A stretch of DNA of 64,000 nt from Octopus bimaculoides (taxonomy: Eukaryota): assembly GCF_001194135.2 (NCBI RefSeq), contig NC_068986.1:1420294-1484293 (forward strand), given 5' to 3'. Both the position numbers and the translations under genes were made by a program. Under the pieces are notes generated by a model, which saw nothing but the letters and a program-made list of their open reading frames with translations, had not been told where the DNA came from and did no database searches. Below are positions 37,121-51,559 of the stretch, piece after piece. Positions within the stretch are counted from its first letter, which is position 1. Each line of letters starts with the position of its first letter.

Positions 37121-40100
37121 AGGACAGACAAAGGGATTAAGTCGATTACATCGACCCTAGTGCGTAACTGGTACTTAATTTATCGATCCCAGCACTACAA
37201 ATATGAGTGTAGCTGTGTGGTTAATAAACTTGCTTTCCAATCATGCAATCTTGGGTTCATGTCTTCTACTGTAGCCCCAGGCTGACCAAAGCCTCATGAG
37301 TGGATTTCGTAGACAGAAACTGGAAGAAGCTCATTGCACATATATATATCTGTGTGTGTGTGTGTGTGTTGTTGTTTCCTTTCCTTGACATTGCATTTAC
37401 AATGAATGTCATTGTCATGTAAGTGGCGTCCTTTGTTTCCAATCTTCTTTGAAAATGTCTTGTCATGGAGAAATATTACCTTACATGGACACAAGTAAGG
37501 GTTGGTAACATGAAATGCCTCTGGCCATAGACAAATCTATCTCAACAAATTCTGTCCAACCCATGTAAGTATAGAAAAGTGCATGTTAAAATGAGGATTT
37601 ATGAATTTGTGTGTACCCTTTCCTTGACATCATGTGATATTTGTAAACAAGCGTCACCATCATACAAGCAATGTTGTTCATTTGCATCTTCTATGAAAAA
37701 TATGTTTGGCCTTGGGAAAATATTAACTTGCTTGGAAACTGGTGAGGATTGGCAACAGGAAGGACATTCAGCTATAGAATATCTCTCTTAATAAATTCCA
37801 TCTGATCCATGCAAGCATGGAAAAGTGGATGTTAAACTATGATGCTGATATGTAGCTATGTGTATGCATATCTAATGTGTATAGGCCAATAGCTATATAT
37901 CTATTTGCCTGTCTATGTTTTTACTTATCTCATGTTTCTATATTCATGTGAGGTTTTATACTGTAATCTGAGCCATGGTTAGTTTTTATCTGTTTTCTTT
38001 GTTACAAGTGTTTGTAATAATAACAATTTAGCATTTCTATGTATATGGCCTCAAACATTCTGAAATTAGGTCATATTTGTGTGTGATGATATATATATGT
38101 ACACACATACATATATATACACACACATACACACACATGCCTGCATGTTTTCAGTTTCAGCTCTGAAATTAGGATATATCTGTCGACCAATCAAAAACTA
38201 TGCAATAGATAATGTGTATGTGCCCCTCGTGCGTGTGCTCACATCTTCCAGGGTGTACGTTAGAATACCAGAATGGAAAAAACACAATTTCAAACTATTA
38301 TTCTTTTGCAATGTTAGAATAGTTCACTTTCTAATCACATGGTTTCAAGTTCAGTCCCACTGCATAGTACTCAGGTGCAGGTATCACTCTGGGGCTAAGG
38401 TATTTGCTCCCTAACCATGCAGCTTCAGGTTTAGTCCCATTGCATAGCAACTTATTAAAGTGTCTTCTATTAAAGTCTTGAGATGGTCAAAGCCTTGTAA
38501 GTGGATTTTCGTAGATAGAGACTCTGTGTGTTTACCTGTTTGTTTACATTGATACCTCTTTGAAAAATCACTCAGCTATGGGTCAAAAAACATGTTGCTA
38601 TTAGTAGGAGGAAGGGCTTCTGGCTGTAAAACAACACCTCAATAATATAGTTATCTAACTCATGCCGGCATGGTAAAAACAAAAACGAAACAAATGTAAA
38701 TAATAATTTAAATAGTGAAGCTGGGGTTAGAGAGAAATCTGGAATTATTTTAGAGTTAGAGTTCTTCTATAATTGAAAGCAAAATTTAACGATAAATTTA
38801 ATCAATGTATTTTGAATTAAAAATACCCATCACACCATGTTAGTTTTCTGTCATGCTATATGGTTCCAGTTGTCCTCAGTATTATGAGATATCTTTAGAT
38901 GTTATTGTCACTATTTTATTTTCCCAAAGGAAACCCTATATGTAACATTATTTTCCTCAGGAAAGCTGTAGAAATGATGGTGAGGTAATAATTAGTTAAT
39001 GTAATTATTGTCCTAAATCTGGTAAAATATTAAATTTCAACCCTTTGTTTTGTGTTTAGAGCTCCATAGCTATTATACAAACTAATTGTATCATTTTTCT
39101 TTTTAAGTGAAGATTCTCACCTTGAGAAAGGGAAAAAAAACTTATATTTTAAATCACTATTAATTAATGAATTTTAACTTTTCAGACAATCAATTTCATC
39201 AATGAGATTACCGTTAATACTTACATTTACAAATGAGTACTGAAAAGCTCCTGGTTTAAGAGTATTGCAAAACGCCTGGCTGGAGGCCTAACTTTCCAGG
39301 TTCTTTTATAAGGCTTAGAAAAACTGAAGGGCTGCTGCAATAAGTGTGTGAATCTGAGACGGGAATATGTTGAATAAAATCATAATTAACTGATCCACCT
39401 GTATTTTCTTTTACCCAAAGCCAAGAACTTTTTAGCACCCCATTGTGCATTATATTTCAATCAATTTCCTCTCCAAATTGTCAAGTGTCTTGAATAATCC
39501 CCACAAGACACCCACTTCTAAAAAAAATACTGGTTTAGCTCCAAGTTGACCTTGACAGAGCAGATTTATTATAAAAGAGCTTTCAGGTCATAACTGCATC
39601 CTTCTTTTTCATTTTTTCATTATTCCCCTTTTCTTTAAGATCATAGGGTGTTCAAAGGTTTTGCTTCTGTATTAAGTCAAACCACAATGTAGAGACTCTC
39701 TTTTTGGCTCCATTAGAGATGACTGTTCCATTATACAGTATATTGATGTTTACAAAGTAAGTCTTCATTCAGTCAGATATGACCACGATCGTTGTATTCT
39801 ATAGGTTTGTCTCTTTGGGACAAATCTATGGAAATTCTCATTTTCTTGTGACTGGGAAGTTCTACGTGTGAGTTTCTGTTGCAGATTGTATTCATATGAG
39901 GGTTTTGGGTCTGTTAGCATTCTTCTTTTGCCTGCTCCAAGATGTTTGCTACAAAACCTCTCAATACTTGGTATCGATGTCAAGGGTCTTCATAATTTTG
40001 TTGCCATAATGGAAGTAATCTACTTCTTCATTAGATTAGAAGGCAAGTATTTCAACTTTGCCTGCCATGCAAAGCTCTTGTGGGATGTGTTGTTTTCCAA

Positions 40101-40635
40101 TGATCTTGGTCAATTGCGTGGAGTATATGTAAAATGTATATATTTACTGATCTTATTACTTAATGTCAGTATTCCTTTTCAGTGTATGACTATTTGTAGT
40201 TTCTATAACATAATTCGAATTACGAAAGAACATTAAATTATTTGAAATGATTGGTTGTTGGCCATCAGTTTTAACAACTTTTGTAGATCTGTCAGGGGGA
40301 ATAACTCCTGCTGGCAAAATGAAATTAACTTACTACGACATAACGTAGAATGTAATATCCTTCGAGTTATTAGATCACAACTGTTTTCCTTTCTCTCTCT
40401 CTCCTCCAACCTGTATTGCTCCACCTTGTGGAAAACTGAAACCACCAGTCATTTATCTTCCGAGTACAACCTGCACTTTCCACTGTATCAGCTCGCATTC
40501 TCTTGATTAGTTCTTCAGATTCTTATTTCATATCAATTAGATCTCATTGTCATTTCATACACAATTCAACCTGCTTTTTGCTTTAACATTTTTTTATCTG
40601 TTATACTACTTATACTCTGATCCATTGGTCTTCTC

Positions 40636-40732
<97 letters not shown>

Positions 40733-41198
40733 NNNNNNNNNNNNNNNNNNNNNNNNNNNNNNNNNNNNNNNNNNNNNNNNNNNNNNNNNNNNNNNNNNNN
40801 NNNNNNNNNNNNNNNNNNNNNNNNNNNNNNNNNNNNNNNNNNNNNNNNNNNNNNNNNNNNNNNNNNNNNNNNNNNNNNNNNNNNNNNNNNNNNNNNNNNN
40901 NNNNNNNNNNNNNNNNNNNNNNNNNNNNNNNNNNNNNNNNNNNNNNNNNNNNNNNNNNNNNNNNNNNNNNNNNNNNNNNNNNNNNNNNNNNNNNNNNNNN
41001 NNNNNNNNNNNNNNNNNNNNNNNNNNNNNNNNNNNNNNNNNNNNNNNNNNNNNNNNNNNNNNNNNNNNNNNNNNNNNNNNNNNNNNNNNNNNNNNNNNNN
41101 NNNNNNNNNNNNNNNNNNNTATAACTTCTGCTGCCATGTTGAAATTTATTTACTTACCACATAACTTAGAATATGATATTCCACATATGGTACTCATA

Positions 41199-41320
41199 CT
41201 GTTGCAAATGTCTTACACTGTTGCAAATGTCTTACACTGTTGCAAATGTCTTACACTGTTGCAAATGTCTTACACTGTTGCAAATGTCTTACACTGTTGC
41301 AAATGTCTTACACTGTTGCA
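41199..41320. repeat. Perfect 19-bp minisatellite (CTGTTGCAAATGTCTTACA) x6.4
   Basis: Units start at 41199, 41218, 41237, 41256, 41275, 41294 and 41313 (partial), with no spacers. Confidence 0.97.
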
Positions 41321-41589
41321 TATGTTGGCCAATGTTTCATGAATGGAATTTGATATAGACCCTGCAGTTCCCACTTCCACTAATTTTACATATTCTTTCT
41401 TCATGCTAGCATGGGTTGGACGAGTCATTTTGAGCTTCCTGATGCCAACCTTTGTTTCTCAAGTGAGGCATTTTTGCCCGTCAAGCTGCTGCTGGACATT
41501 TTGTATATAGGAGCCCCCCCCCCCAAAAAAATACTTCACTACCAAAGTATTGTCAGTGTGAAGACACATGCATGCATACACCCATACAT

Positions 41590-41662
<73 letters not shown>

Positions 41663-42170
41663 TACTTGCATGTGAAGGAATTCTGTATGCTTTCTGTCTA
41701 CCATATTCCATTCACAAGGTATTGGTCAACTTGAAGCTATTACTGAGAATGCCATTTGCTTAAAATTTTATGCAATGAGATTGAATCTGAAACCATGTGG
41801 TTGCAAAGTAAAACTTCTCAACGATACAACCTTAACTGTCTGTACCATACTTCTGCATGTATGTGAGTGTATGTATGCATGCGCGTGTGTGTGTATGCAT
41901 GTATGTGTGTATATGTATGTGCATGTAAGACTGTATGTCAGATTGTGTTCTTTTATATTAAAGGCAACTAAACCAGTTATTAATAAAATTAATTGCAGTC
42001 TGAAACATATACTGGAGTTGATTTGATCTTCTAAATCCCTTGAAGGCAGTAACCCGGTGAGGCTACATTCTAGCCACTGAAGTCAGTAAAAGAATGAAAT
42101 AACAGTTGTCTAAGCATTTGATTGCGTCCAGTTTATTAATGTTCACAAAATATTTTTGTTTACCTTTCAG

Positions 42171-42244
42171 GGTCTAGAAGCTCAAAAATACAAGAATACC
42201 CTTGATTGTGTGATTAAAGTTATGAAATACGAAGGTCCAAAAGC
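42171..42244 (+). CDS. SLC25A1: SLC25A1 exon 6 (GLEAQKYKNTLDCVIKVMKYEGPKA)
   Basis: tttcag| acceptor, GC|gtaagt donor, 74 nt. Matches human GLEAHKYRNTWDC...EGLKA. Confidence 0.96.
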
Positions 42245-42314
42245 GTAAGTTTAATCTTTATATTTTAATTAGCAGAAATGTATTTATGGTGTCTAAGGAA
42301 CTGTCTCATGTGAA

Positions 42315-42650
42315 GGCGCATGGCTCAATGGTTAGAGCATTGGGCTCACAATCATGAGGTAGTGTGTTTGATTCCTGGACCGGGCTGTGTGTTGTATTCT
42401 TGAGCAAGACACTTTATTTCATGTTGCTCCAGTTCACACGGCTGTAGAAATGAGTTGCAACATCACTGGTGCCAAACTGTGTTGGCCTTTGCCTTTCCCT
42501 AGAATAACATCAGTGGCATGGAGAGTGGAGGCTGGTATGCAATGGCCAACTGCTGGCCTTCCATAAACAACCTTGCCTGAACTTGTGCCTTGGAGAGTAA
42601 CTTTCTAGGTGCAATCCCATGGTTATTCATGACCGAAGGTGGGTCTTTAC
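42315..42650 (+). mobile_element. tRNA-derived SINE, third family
   Basis: GGCGCA start, A box TGGCTCAATGG, B box GTTTGATTCC, then a conserved-looking cttgagcaagacacttt...gctgtagaaatgagt body. Confidence 0.7.
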
Positions 42651-43374
42651 CTCCCTATGTTATCTCTTGGCTTACCTTACCCGCTTATGTTATCTCTTAG
42701 CTTCAAGTTTTCATTGATGTAGTTATTTATTTTTTTTAGTGATATTGTTAAGTGAGAGGCTGGATCTGGCCAGTTTGAACCATAAAACAGGTAGAATATA
42801 AAACATAAAACAGGGCCTGATATGATCAGTTTAAATGCTAAAGGGTGTTAAGCTTGTAATATTTCTAATATTACCTACGTTTTGAAATTATATCTTTTTC
42901 CGGCACATCTCCAGTCATTCGCTATCCTTATTATTATATTTTAATGTTAACATTTCAATGGTGAAGTCAGTACTGACATATTTAAAGGTGTGTGTCACAA
43001 ATTTTAATTAAGATTATTGTGGCGAAGAGGGACAATTACTAGCTTAATGAGTAATACTAGGAAAGGCAAGAGAGGTAACCTTGAAGTTAAAATTAATAAT
43101 TAATTAGAATGCAGTGGTGAGTGAAACTGATTTTTGACAGCCACTTCAGATTGGTATACTATTAATGTCTACCAAGTTTCAACTGTTTTAGATCAAATGT
43201 CCTTCGTTTATTTCTGTTTAATTTCTTTCCAGTGACATCAATGCGCCAAACCACTTTTCTTACCTTCCAAATATAGTTTAATCATTTTATGATTTTTAAA
43301 AGTTGATAAAATTACTTGTAGAAGGATATTTTTTAATGTAAATGTATCCCATTGGTTGTTTTCTGTTGTTGTAG

Positions 43375-43486
43375 ATTCTACAAAGGAACCATTCCACGTC
43401 TCAGTCGTGTCTGTCTTGATGTAGCCATCACTTTCATGATTTACGACAGCTTCATGAATTTCTTCAACAAAATCTGGGTGACGTAA
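43375..43486 (+). CDS. SLC25A1: SLC25A1 exon 7 to stop ([36 protein letters not shown])
   Basis: gtag| acceptor and TAA at 43484-43486. The exons sum to 975 nt, i.e. 324 aa plus stop. Confidence 0.97.
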
Positions 43487-46400
43487 CCCAGCCTGCAATT
43501 CACTAAAGACAACGACCACTGCTCATGTATCAACTACTGCTATATCCTCGGACTTGATCTCCCTTTCTGCATCCCATGTCTTCAACTTGAACAATTCTTA
43601 TGTTTTTTGAAGAGACAAACTGCTTGGTTGTATTATCTGCTGATTTCTGTTAAATTATCTGAACCTTTTTTTGTTAAATTTATATATACATATATATATT
43701 TGTAAGAACTTACATTGAAAAATATGTTTTAAAGCAGTATAATCCTTTAATTCAAAGGGTTTTGATGTTATTTTACGTTTTTAAGAATTATTGATGGGAT
43801 TAAATTACCTGCATCATTTGATCATTGAAAAATCTTATACATTTCTTTAACATACATCCACACATGGGTGGCAATCTTTATGAGGTTGTTATGACTGCTA
43901 AAAATAGCAGTTGAATCTCCCTTAAACAATGACTGCTGTCTTGGAAATGAAGGGACCCATTAGACAATGTAGTCTCCAGACAGAAGGGTCATGACTGGAA
44001 TGGATTTGATCATTGGCCTGCTTTACTATTTCAATTCATATTAATGCTTTGAACATAAGTAATTTTGTTTAAAGTTTACATGCATTTATATATATATTGT
44101 AATAATAATAATGATTATTATAGATGTGATTCAAATGTACATTAGCAGACACACAGATACAATGAAAAACAGAAGTAGAATCAGAAAGCCAGCTTGAAGG
44201 AATTGAGCATATATATTCCTTTTGGTTCTGGGGCACATGCGAGCATATAACCAAACATATGTGAACATGTACACACAACTACACCTGCCTTTCCTATTTT
44301 TTTTTTTTTTTAATTAAGGGGAATGTCTGTATTTTGTATATCTTCCACCATTAAAATACTGACTACATACACTTCCATGAGAAACTATAGAATATTTCAA
44401 ATAATTCTACTTTTGGTTCATTAAAAGAAAAGCATTTCTCTAAACAATATTGTTTATCACAAGAGATTACCACTTATGTTAACTTTTTCCTTATCTGATA
44501 TGTACTTGCTGTTTATTTAAACTGCTGTTGTGATTCTGCTGGACAAATGTTTTGTAAAAATCTAAATACGTTTTATGGGAAATATTATTTTGACATGGTC
44601 CAACCCATGCCAGCATGGAAAATGGATATTAAACGATGATAATGATGATTATTATTAGCTATTCTATCTTGATTCCTGTTGAAATTAGTATTTCATTTTT
44701 GTTTTTCAAAATTTATCTAAAAAAAAAAAGACTTCATTACATTTAATAAGGCAATTTATAAAATCACTTATGGAAGTGGTTTTGTGAATAAGATGTTGGA
44801 TTTGAGATAAGAAGTGGCTTTGATCTCATTCCATTTATTTTGTCATTTATTAAAAAAATAGACAAGGAAATTTCTCACAGCTATTGTCCTAATTTGCTCA
44901 CTTGTATCTTTCTAGGACAAAACCCATGAGTAATACCTATCATGACATTATAAATTTATTTTTGATTTTTTTAATGGAAAAGACAAAAATGTGGCAAGAA
45001 AAAGAAGAAAAAAACTGCGTGGTTGTCTCAATTTTCATTTTTTTCTCTTTTTTTATTCTATCAATTTTGAGCCTTTATTTCATCGATTGAATACTATTTG
45101 ATGTGCTTTTATTCAGTTTACTTTTGAGTAAAAGCCTGTATTGATTTAATGGGGAAAAAAACTAAACTTTTTATTGAAATTTGGTTTAAAAAATTTTTTT
45201 TTCAATCTTGAAAATAGTATTTTCAGATTTATATTCTTCTATTCTATTTGGTAAAATTTATCATTATATTAATCTGTTGTTAATCAATCATTTCTATTTT
45301 GTTTATTCATCAAAATACTATTTCTAATTTTTTTTTTTCTTTGACTGGCACAAAAATTCTTGTAAAATTTTATTTGAATCATTCTTCTTTGAGTGAAGAT
45401 TTTGATTGGAGTTTTAAAGGGAGAAAGGACATGAAAATAGAAATTAAAGCTATTTATATATTGAGGTTTGTATTGTGAAGTGATTTTTATAGTGGGTAGC
45501 ATGAAGAAATATGAAGAAACTTTAAAATGTTTGTGTGATGTCAGCTGACAACTGTATTGTAACAAACATTATAGCTGACCAGCGATTTTTCTTCTGATAC
45601 TTTTTCTCAGATAATATAAAGACAGAAGAAAATGAAAACTGGTACAAATGTGGCAGTCGTTTCCACCAAACTGCTATTTCCATAAAACATATTACCTATA
45701 GCATTTAAACTTCAGGTAATGTTTTAATACATGTGATATACAATACACATTCCAAAAATGAAAGTTTTGTATTTTGAATGAGTTAAGACACTAAACTAAC
45801 TTGAATAAATGTTGTCTTTTAAATATTCTGTTGGTATTTAACAGTGAATTTTCAAATATAAAAAAAATATCAAAATCATGTTATTCATTTTAAATAGCTA
45901 AAATGATTAATCAGAAAGATATTGCTGTTGTATTTGGATATTTCATTTTTATAATTTTATTTATTTTTAAAAATGTAAATCCCTTCCAATATCTCAAACA
46001 TTTTTTACTAATCATAAGTTTGATGCTATCTCAGATTATGCTTTGTAACTTTGATAGCAAATATTGTTGCTAAGAATCAGAAATTCACATATTTCAGTTA
46101 GGTTTGTTTTCGCTACTTTCTCTTATTCATATATTAATTTTGGAAAGTTCTCCACCTAAGCCACTTATTTACCATATGTTAGTAATATATTCTTTTAAGG
46201 CATTAGCTACTAATTAAAGTCTGATATTACTCTATTCATTATAGTATGTTAATTAACAGGAATTCTGAACATGTCATTGATATAAACTATTTTATGGTTT
46301 TTATATTTCATGTCATTAATTATCCAAAATAATAAGTAGAAGAAAATATCTTTTGAAGTAACTTTTAAAAAGTGTTTCATGTAATTCCAGTATGTAAACT

Positions 46401-49120
46401 ACATCGTTAATTAGGATGGATGCTGTGATTATATTTCATCAGCAGATGCGTCCGTTTAGTCCAATGTAGTAGTATGCTATATTGTGAGGACAGAACCACA
46501 AACTATAAAGTAATGGTGATTATAGAATTCATGACAAACATTGAACCCTTGGGGGGTTTCTCATCTCTGTGATAAAGCATAACATTATGATTTTCTTCAT
46601 TTGTTCCAAGAATCATGCTAATTATCACTTCTATTGAGAAATTATTTGATCAGCAATGGAAGTTAGTTTCATATTTTACTATTGATTCTGTGCAGTAAAC
46701 ACACAGACAAGGTTGTTGATGCTGCAATCTATATTTTAGTTCAGCGTTCATAATCAGCAGAAAAATAAGGCTGACATGCTTCAAGGGAAGAAATATTTGG
46801 TGAGTAGAGCTTGATTAGTATTTTTTTTTTATATTTAAGATAATGTTCAAGAAAGATAACTCAATGTAATCCAACTGTCAAAAAAAAACCAAGGAATAGC
46901 TATTTTTCCTGATATTGTTCAGAATCAACAGCCCCACTGATGTCACATAGTGCTTCCTGAGATCGGATGGGTGGCAGTGAAAGTGGGTAAAGTATGAGCT
47001 CCCCTTTGTAGTTACAATGAAATATGATTTTCCATCTTCAAATTTTGTTTGAAAATTTAGAATGATTAAAAATATTGATTATATTCTGCTGAGGAAAGTT
47101 CAAATTTCTGAAAGACATTGGCTTTAGGTTTGTTATATCAACTTTATTATAATAAAATTTTAAGAAAGTGTTTATATTTTAAATTTTGAGGCCATATATT
47201 GCTATTGCAGAGCTAAATTAAATGTTGTGATAGATATTTGAAAGCAGCTTAACATTTGAATTTTCATATGTTCAGTTATTACTACCTGAAGATTTTTTTT
47301 ATCCATTCAATTGTATTATGCTAATTTTCTTCCTCAAGAACGCAAATGTAATTTTTAGTCAATTAGTGTTACTCTTATTGTTTTCTCCCTTTTTTTAAAC
47401 AGCCATCTCATTGATGGAATTGTTCTTTAACATTGGATTTTAATTAAACATTCAAAAGCAATAACAGGAAATTTTCCAGTCATTAAAACACTTTGTGGCT
47501 TATTAAAATTGTCAGAAAATAGAATGCTGTAGCGATCAGAATGTCTTTAGAATTGCTCTTCAATTTCTTGTATACAAACGCAGTAGAATGTAGAGTTGGT
47601 GTACAGATATTTTACATATTCACTATAGAACTTTTCCCTCTTTAAACAACAGCATACTGATTTTTTTCTTTCCTTATCTTAGGAATAAAAGAATTTTTTA
47701 TTTTGATGTAGTTTAATTTTAAGGTATTTACAACTCAGATCAGATTGAACGAAAAATGTTTTTAACTTTTGACTGAAGGCAATCATTTTTTGTTTCTTTA
47801 TTTAAAATTTTATTCCAAATCAATTATCAGGATGTGTTATCTCCAACAAAATTGGATCTAAAGTCCTTTCAGAAGACATTATGTGTGCAAATATGAATGC
47901 CAACTATTCAATTTAAAATAATAATGATTATTCAGATCTTCTAAGAATATTAATCATGTTGTCATTCACCAAGATAGTTAAAAATCTTAACAAGTCACAG
48001 TCAGTTTAAATGTAGAATAAAACTTTAATAGAAATGTAAATATAATGATTAACTTTCGACAGGATACGCATTATAAAACTGTACTCTAATCCCTCCTGTT
48101 TTTACACTTGACAAATATCAGATTCCACTGGTTGTGACTTAATAAATAACAACATGAACTGAACAGTTCTGTTGATACCAATATCAACCAAATCTACTAT
48201 TTAAAGCAATAATATTTTCCTTTTTGAAAGTCTGTGATTAATGATTGTCTGAATGTAAATATAGTTTGAGTATTTGAGATTATTCTTTAGTTCATATATT
48301 TGGGTTTTCAATATCAGGTGTTACATTTTCTTTAGAAATTATATATCAAAATTTGAAGTTTTTTTATATNNNNNNNNNNATATATTGTTAAATAATGATT
48401 TAAAGAAGTACTTAATACAAATTTAGAATGAAATAGTTTATTTGGGTTGGTCAAGTGGTCTGTTACTTGGCAGTGTCCACACTGTGCATCTTCCGTTGCC
48501 TCTTGCTATGGAAACATCAGAGTAACAAGCCACTGGACTGGCCGAAATAAACATATGAACTTCCATTATGGTTATTTTGGAGCATTCAGTCGATTTAACG
48601 ATGGAGATAATTTTTTTCCTCTTCAGATTTTTGTCTCATAAATTTCAGTTATGTTTTTTTTTATTATAAAATAAAGCAATTTCTGAGAAGATGTAACAAA
48701 GACTGAATAAGCTTTCATTATTATATTTTGTTTAGTGTAAAAGGCTCACACACCTGTTGTTTTTTGTTTTTTTGTTAGTGAAGAAATGTGCTATTGTTAC
48801 ATATTTGACAAGCGATGCATTATGTATGCATACATCAATGTTAATAGAATTTAATGAAAATGAAGAATAAAGTATATTTATATGAAGATCTTTCTGTTCA
48901 GTGTTTTCATTAACTATATAATAAATTTGTTTCATCTACAGGACTCAGGAATTTAGGCAAATAGTATTGTTCAAGCTGTACTTGTTTGAGTTAACCCTTT
49001 GCCTGTCCTCAACATCCATGGTTGTTTTCAGACTTGTATGCAGCTCTTGTTTCATACATTCTGAATAACAAAAAGCCCTTTTTTTTTTTTGTTTTCTGTA
49101 AGTCTCAAGTTACTCTTGTG

Positions 49121-50814
49121 CAGAGATGGGGAACCTGCAGCCTTCCAGAACATCAAGTGCAGCCATCTGCAGCCATTGGTATATTTTCTTTCTTTAGATT
49201 GGAAGCATTTTTCTTTGAACCCAATGAATTTAAACTCAAAGCAACAAGTGTATAAAGGTAATATTTCCTTGTCAGCTACACCAGCCTAGTGGGAGTGAGT
49301 GATTTCATGTATGATACACAAGCAGTTCTTGTCTTGTCCACCACCTTTTCATTGTGATCTGTAACTTAGTAATTGCGTAGTCATGGCCAACTTCATACTG
49401 ACTTGTTTTGTGAGACCGAGTCAGTTATAGCCCGATTTGAAACCATAAATCTATCAGTGCGTGCATTAATTTTACAGACTTGCTTTTATCTTTGAAACTT
49501 AATAAGTGATACAGTGATCGTATTTATTGCTGGCTGCACACTGCTTCAGACAGAATGGTCTTAGACAAAACACTATCAATTTGAAACCATGTTCTTGAAT
49601 GGTAGTGACAATTGTTAAAGTCAAAACCAAAAACATGGTTTTGGATGCAAGTTTATATGTAATGTGACGATGTGATTAATGTGGATTTGCCTTATCACTC
49701 AAAAGTATGCTGGTTGTCGTAAGGGAAAGTATTGGTCAAAATTTTGTCTTTACGAAGGCAAATAATTGACTTTTTGAAAGAAAACAAACATTGAGATTTA
49801 TCAGATCCAAATTTTTATAGAGATGTTGTATTTTTATGTGAGGTGATGTCAAAACAAAATGAGTTAAACATTTCATTGCAAAGCAAAAATAAATGTATTT
49901 ATATGTGGCAAAAAAATTTGAGTATTTAAAAAAAATTGTTGTTTTTCAAGTTCCTTTTGGTTCAATCAAAACTTTTAGAAGAATACTTTCCTCAGCTTAC
50001 GAAGGTAATGAGTGAAAATGAAGAAGATATCTATGAATCTTTTGAAGAATATGAGTCAGTTTTAGACTCATTAATAGAAAAATATAATAAAAGATTCAAT
50101 GATTTTGAAAAACATATCGCTCTGAAACTTGCTTTTCAGCCTCACTTTGTTGATGTACCAGAGGCTCCTGAGGAGTTACAGATGGAGCTTATTGAAATGT
50201 TTGAAGATGATATCATGAAATCTCTGTTTGACGAGAGGGGAAAATCCCATCAAAATTTGGAAAAATGCAGTAGAATATCCTCATCTTCATGAACATGCAT
50301 GCCAATAATTTCCTACTTTTCTTCAACATACTGTTGCGAATCTACATTCTCATACTTGATGCAAATCAAGAATTCACTGAGAACACAACTGACAGATGAG
50401 CGATGGGGGAGGACCAATTGAAACTAAGACTCACTATATTAAAGCCTGGTATCCAAATGCTTTCTCAAAAAGAGAAAATTCAAAGAAATCGTTAATTTGT
50501 ATAAAAAGTACCTACTTGCCCAAATCAAATATTTGAAAATGTTATATTCTCGATGTTCATAAGCTATCTCTTTAGAAGATTATTATTCATTTACTTATTA
50601 CTTGTATACAATGTACCAACTTACTTAAATAAAATATTTGTAAATGTCTTGCTTTCGATTTCTACACACCTGTCTTTCTTTTATTAGATTACTAATAAAT
50701 TACTTAAGGGATAAAATAACTAAAAAACGGAAAAATAATTTGTTCAAAGCAGTCTCTATGAGGGATGATGAATTGCAGGATGGCCTTGATGCACAAAAAG
50801 GTTCCCCATCCCTT
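49121..50814 (+). mobile_element. hAT (Charlie/SPIN-like) DNA transposon, degenerate
   Basis: TIRs CAGAGATGGGGAACCT (49121-49136) and AGGTTCCCCATCCCTT (50799-50814) match 14/16. The 8-bp flanks CTCTTGTG and CTCTAGTG match 7/8. Transposase remnants include DLPYHSKVCWLS.GKVL, ORF 49936-50292 and the dimerisation motif STYCCESTFS..MQIKNSLRTQLTDE. Confidence 0.9.
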
Positions 50815-51559
50815 CTCTAGTGATTGAAAATAGCTAGAAAAAGGGACATGTAGTCTGTCTGGAGCATATTTTGGTATCACTTTCAAATGATCTGCTTTCA
50901 TATTTATTTATATAAAGTATTTTGTTTATGATAGCGTAAATTCTTTTAACATCAAGAGATTATTTTCAAATTGCTTGGGACAAACAAAATGGTCATTGGT
51001 ATGGAATATGGGAATTATTGACACTACACCGTCGAATCATTTGAAACTAAGCAACCAAGATTTACAAAGAAGGTAGAACCAATGAATTAGTTTTATAAAT
51101 TGTGGGAAGAAAGTGTTTTAACAATTGTTAAGGCACAGGTATGGCTGTGTGGTGAGAAACATGGTTCCCAGCCACATGGTTCCAGGTTCAGTCCCAATGC
51201 ATGGCACCTTGGGCTGACCAAAAGCATTGTGAGAGAGAGGGAGAGAGAGATGGAGAGAGAAATTACTGGTGAAATTAATGTGTGAGTGATTGAGTATTCC
51301 TCAGATATGTGAATGTCTAATGCAACTCTCACAATGTAAGACTTCTGAAGAGAGAGAGGGAGAGAGACAGACAGAGAAAGAGATGGGGAGAGAGAAATGT
51401 TGCCAGTCCTGGAGTCTTATTTTTAGGTAACAACTCTCACCAAGATGAGTTGAAACTTCATCAAAGTTAACATTCATTGGCTTCGGTACTATTTGAAATT
51501 GTATTTACTGAGAGTTGGAATGAATATCACACGGCATACACAATTAACGATTTTACCAA

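Noticed and set aside
39700-40520. Possible highly decayed non-LTR retrotransposon on the minus strand; similar weak hints at 21000-21450, 22540-22720, 25040-25330 and 28930-29230
   Set aside because: Only fragmentary motif resemblance (e.g. GDF..LIG, HVLIAG) across many frameshifts; this needs RepeatMasker or tBLASTx to support.
41199-41320. CRISPR-like array
   Set aside because: The units are contiguous with no spacers, there are no cas genes, and the context is a eukaryotic intron.
42315-42390. tRNA gene
   Set aside because: The A and B boxes are followed by a SINE body, and there is no complete cloverleaf or acceptor stem. The same applies to the other SINE heads.
43238-43519. 93-aa minus-strand ORF
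   Set aside because: It is the antisense shadow of SLC25A1 exon 7. Likewise 970-1194(+) shadows the tektin exon and 35918-36136(-) shadows exon 5.
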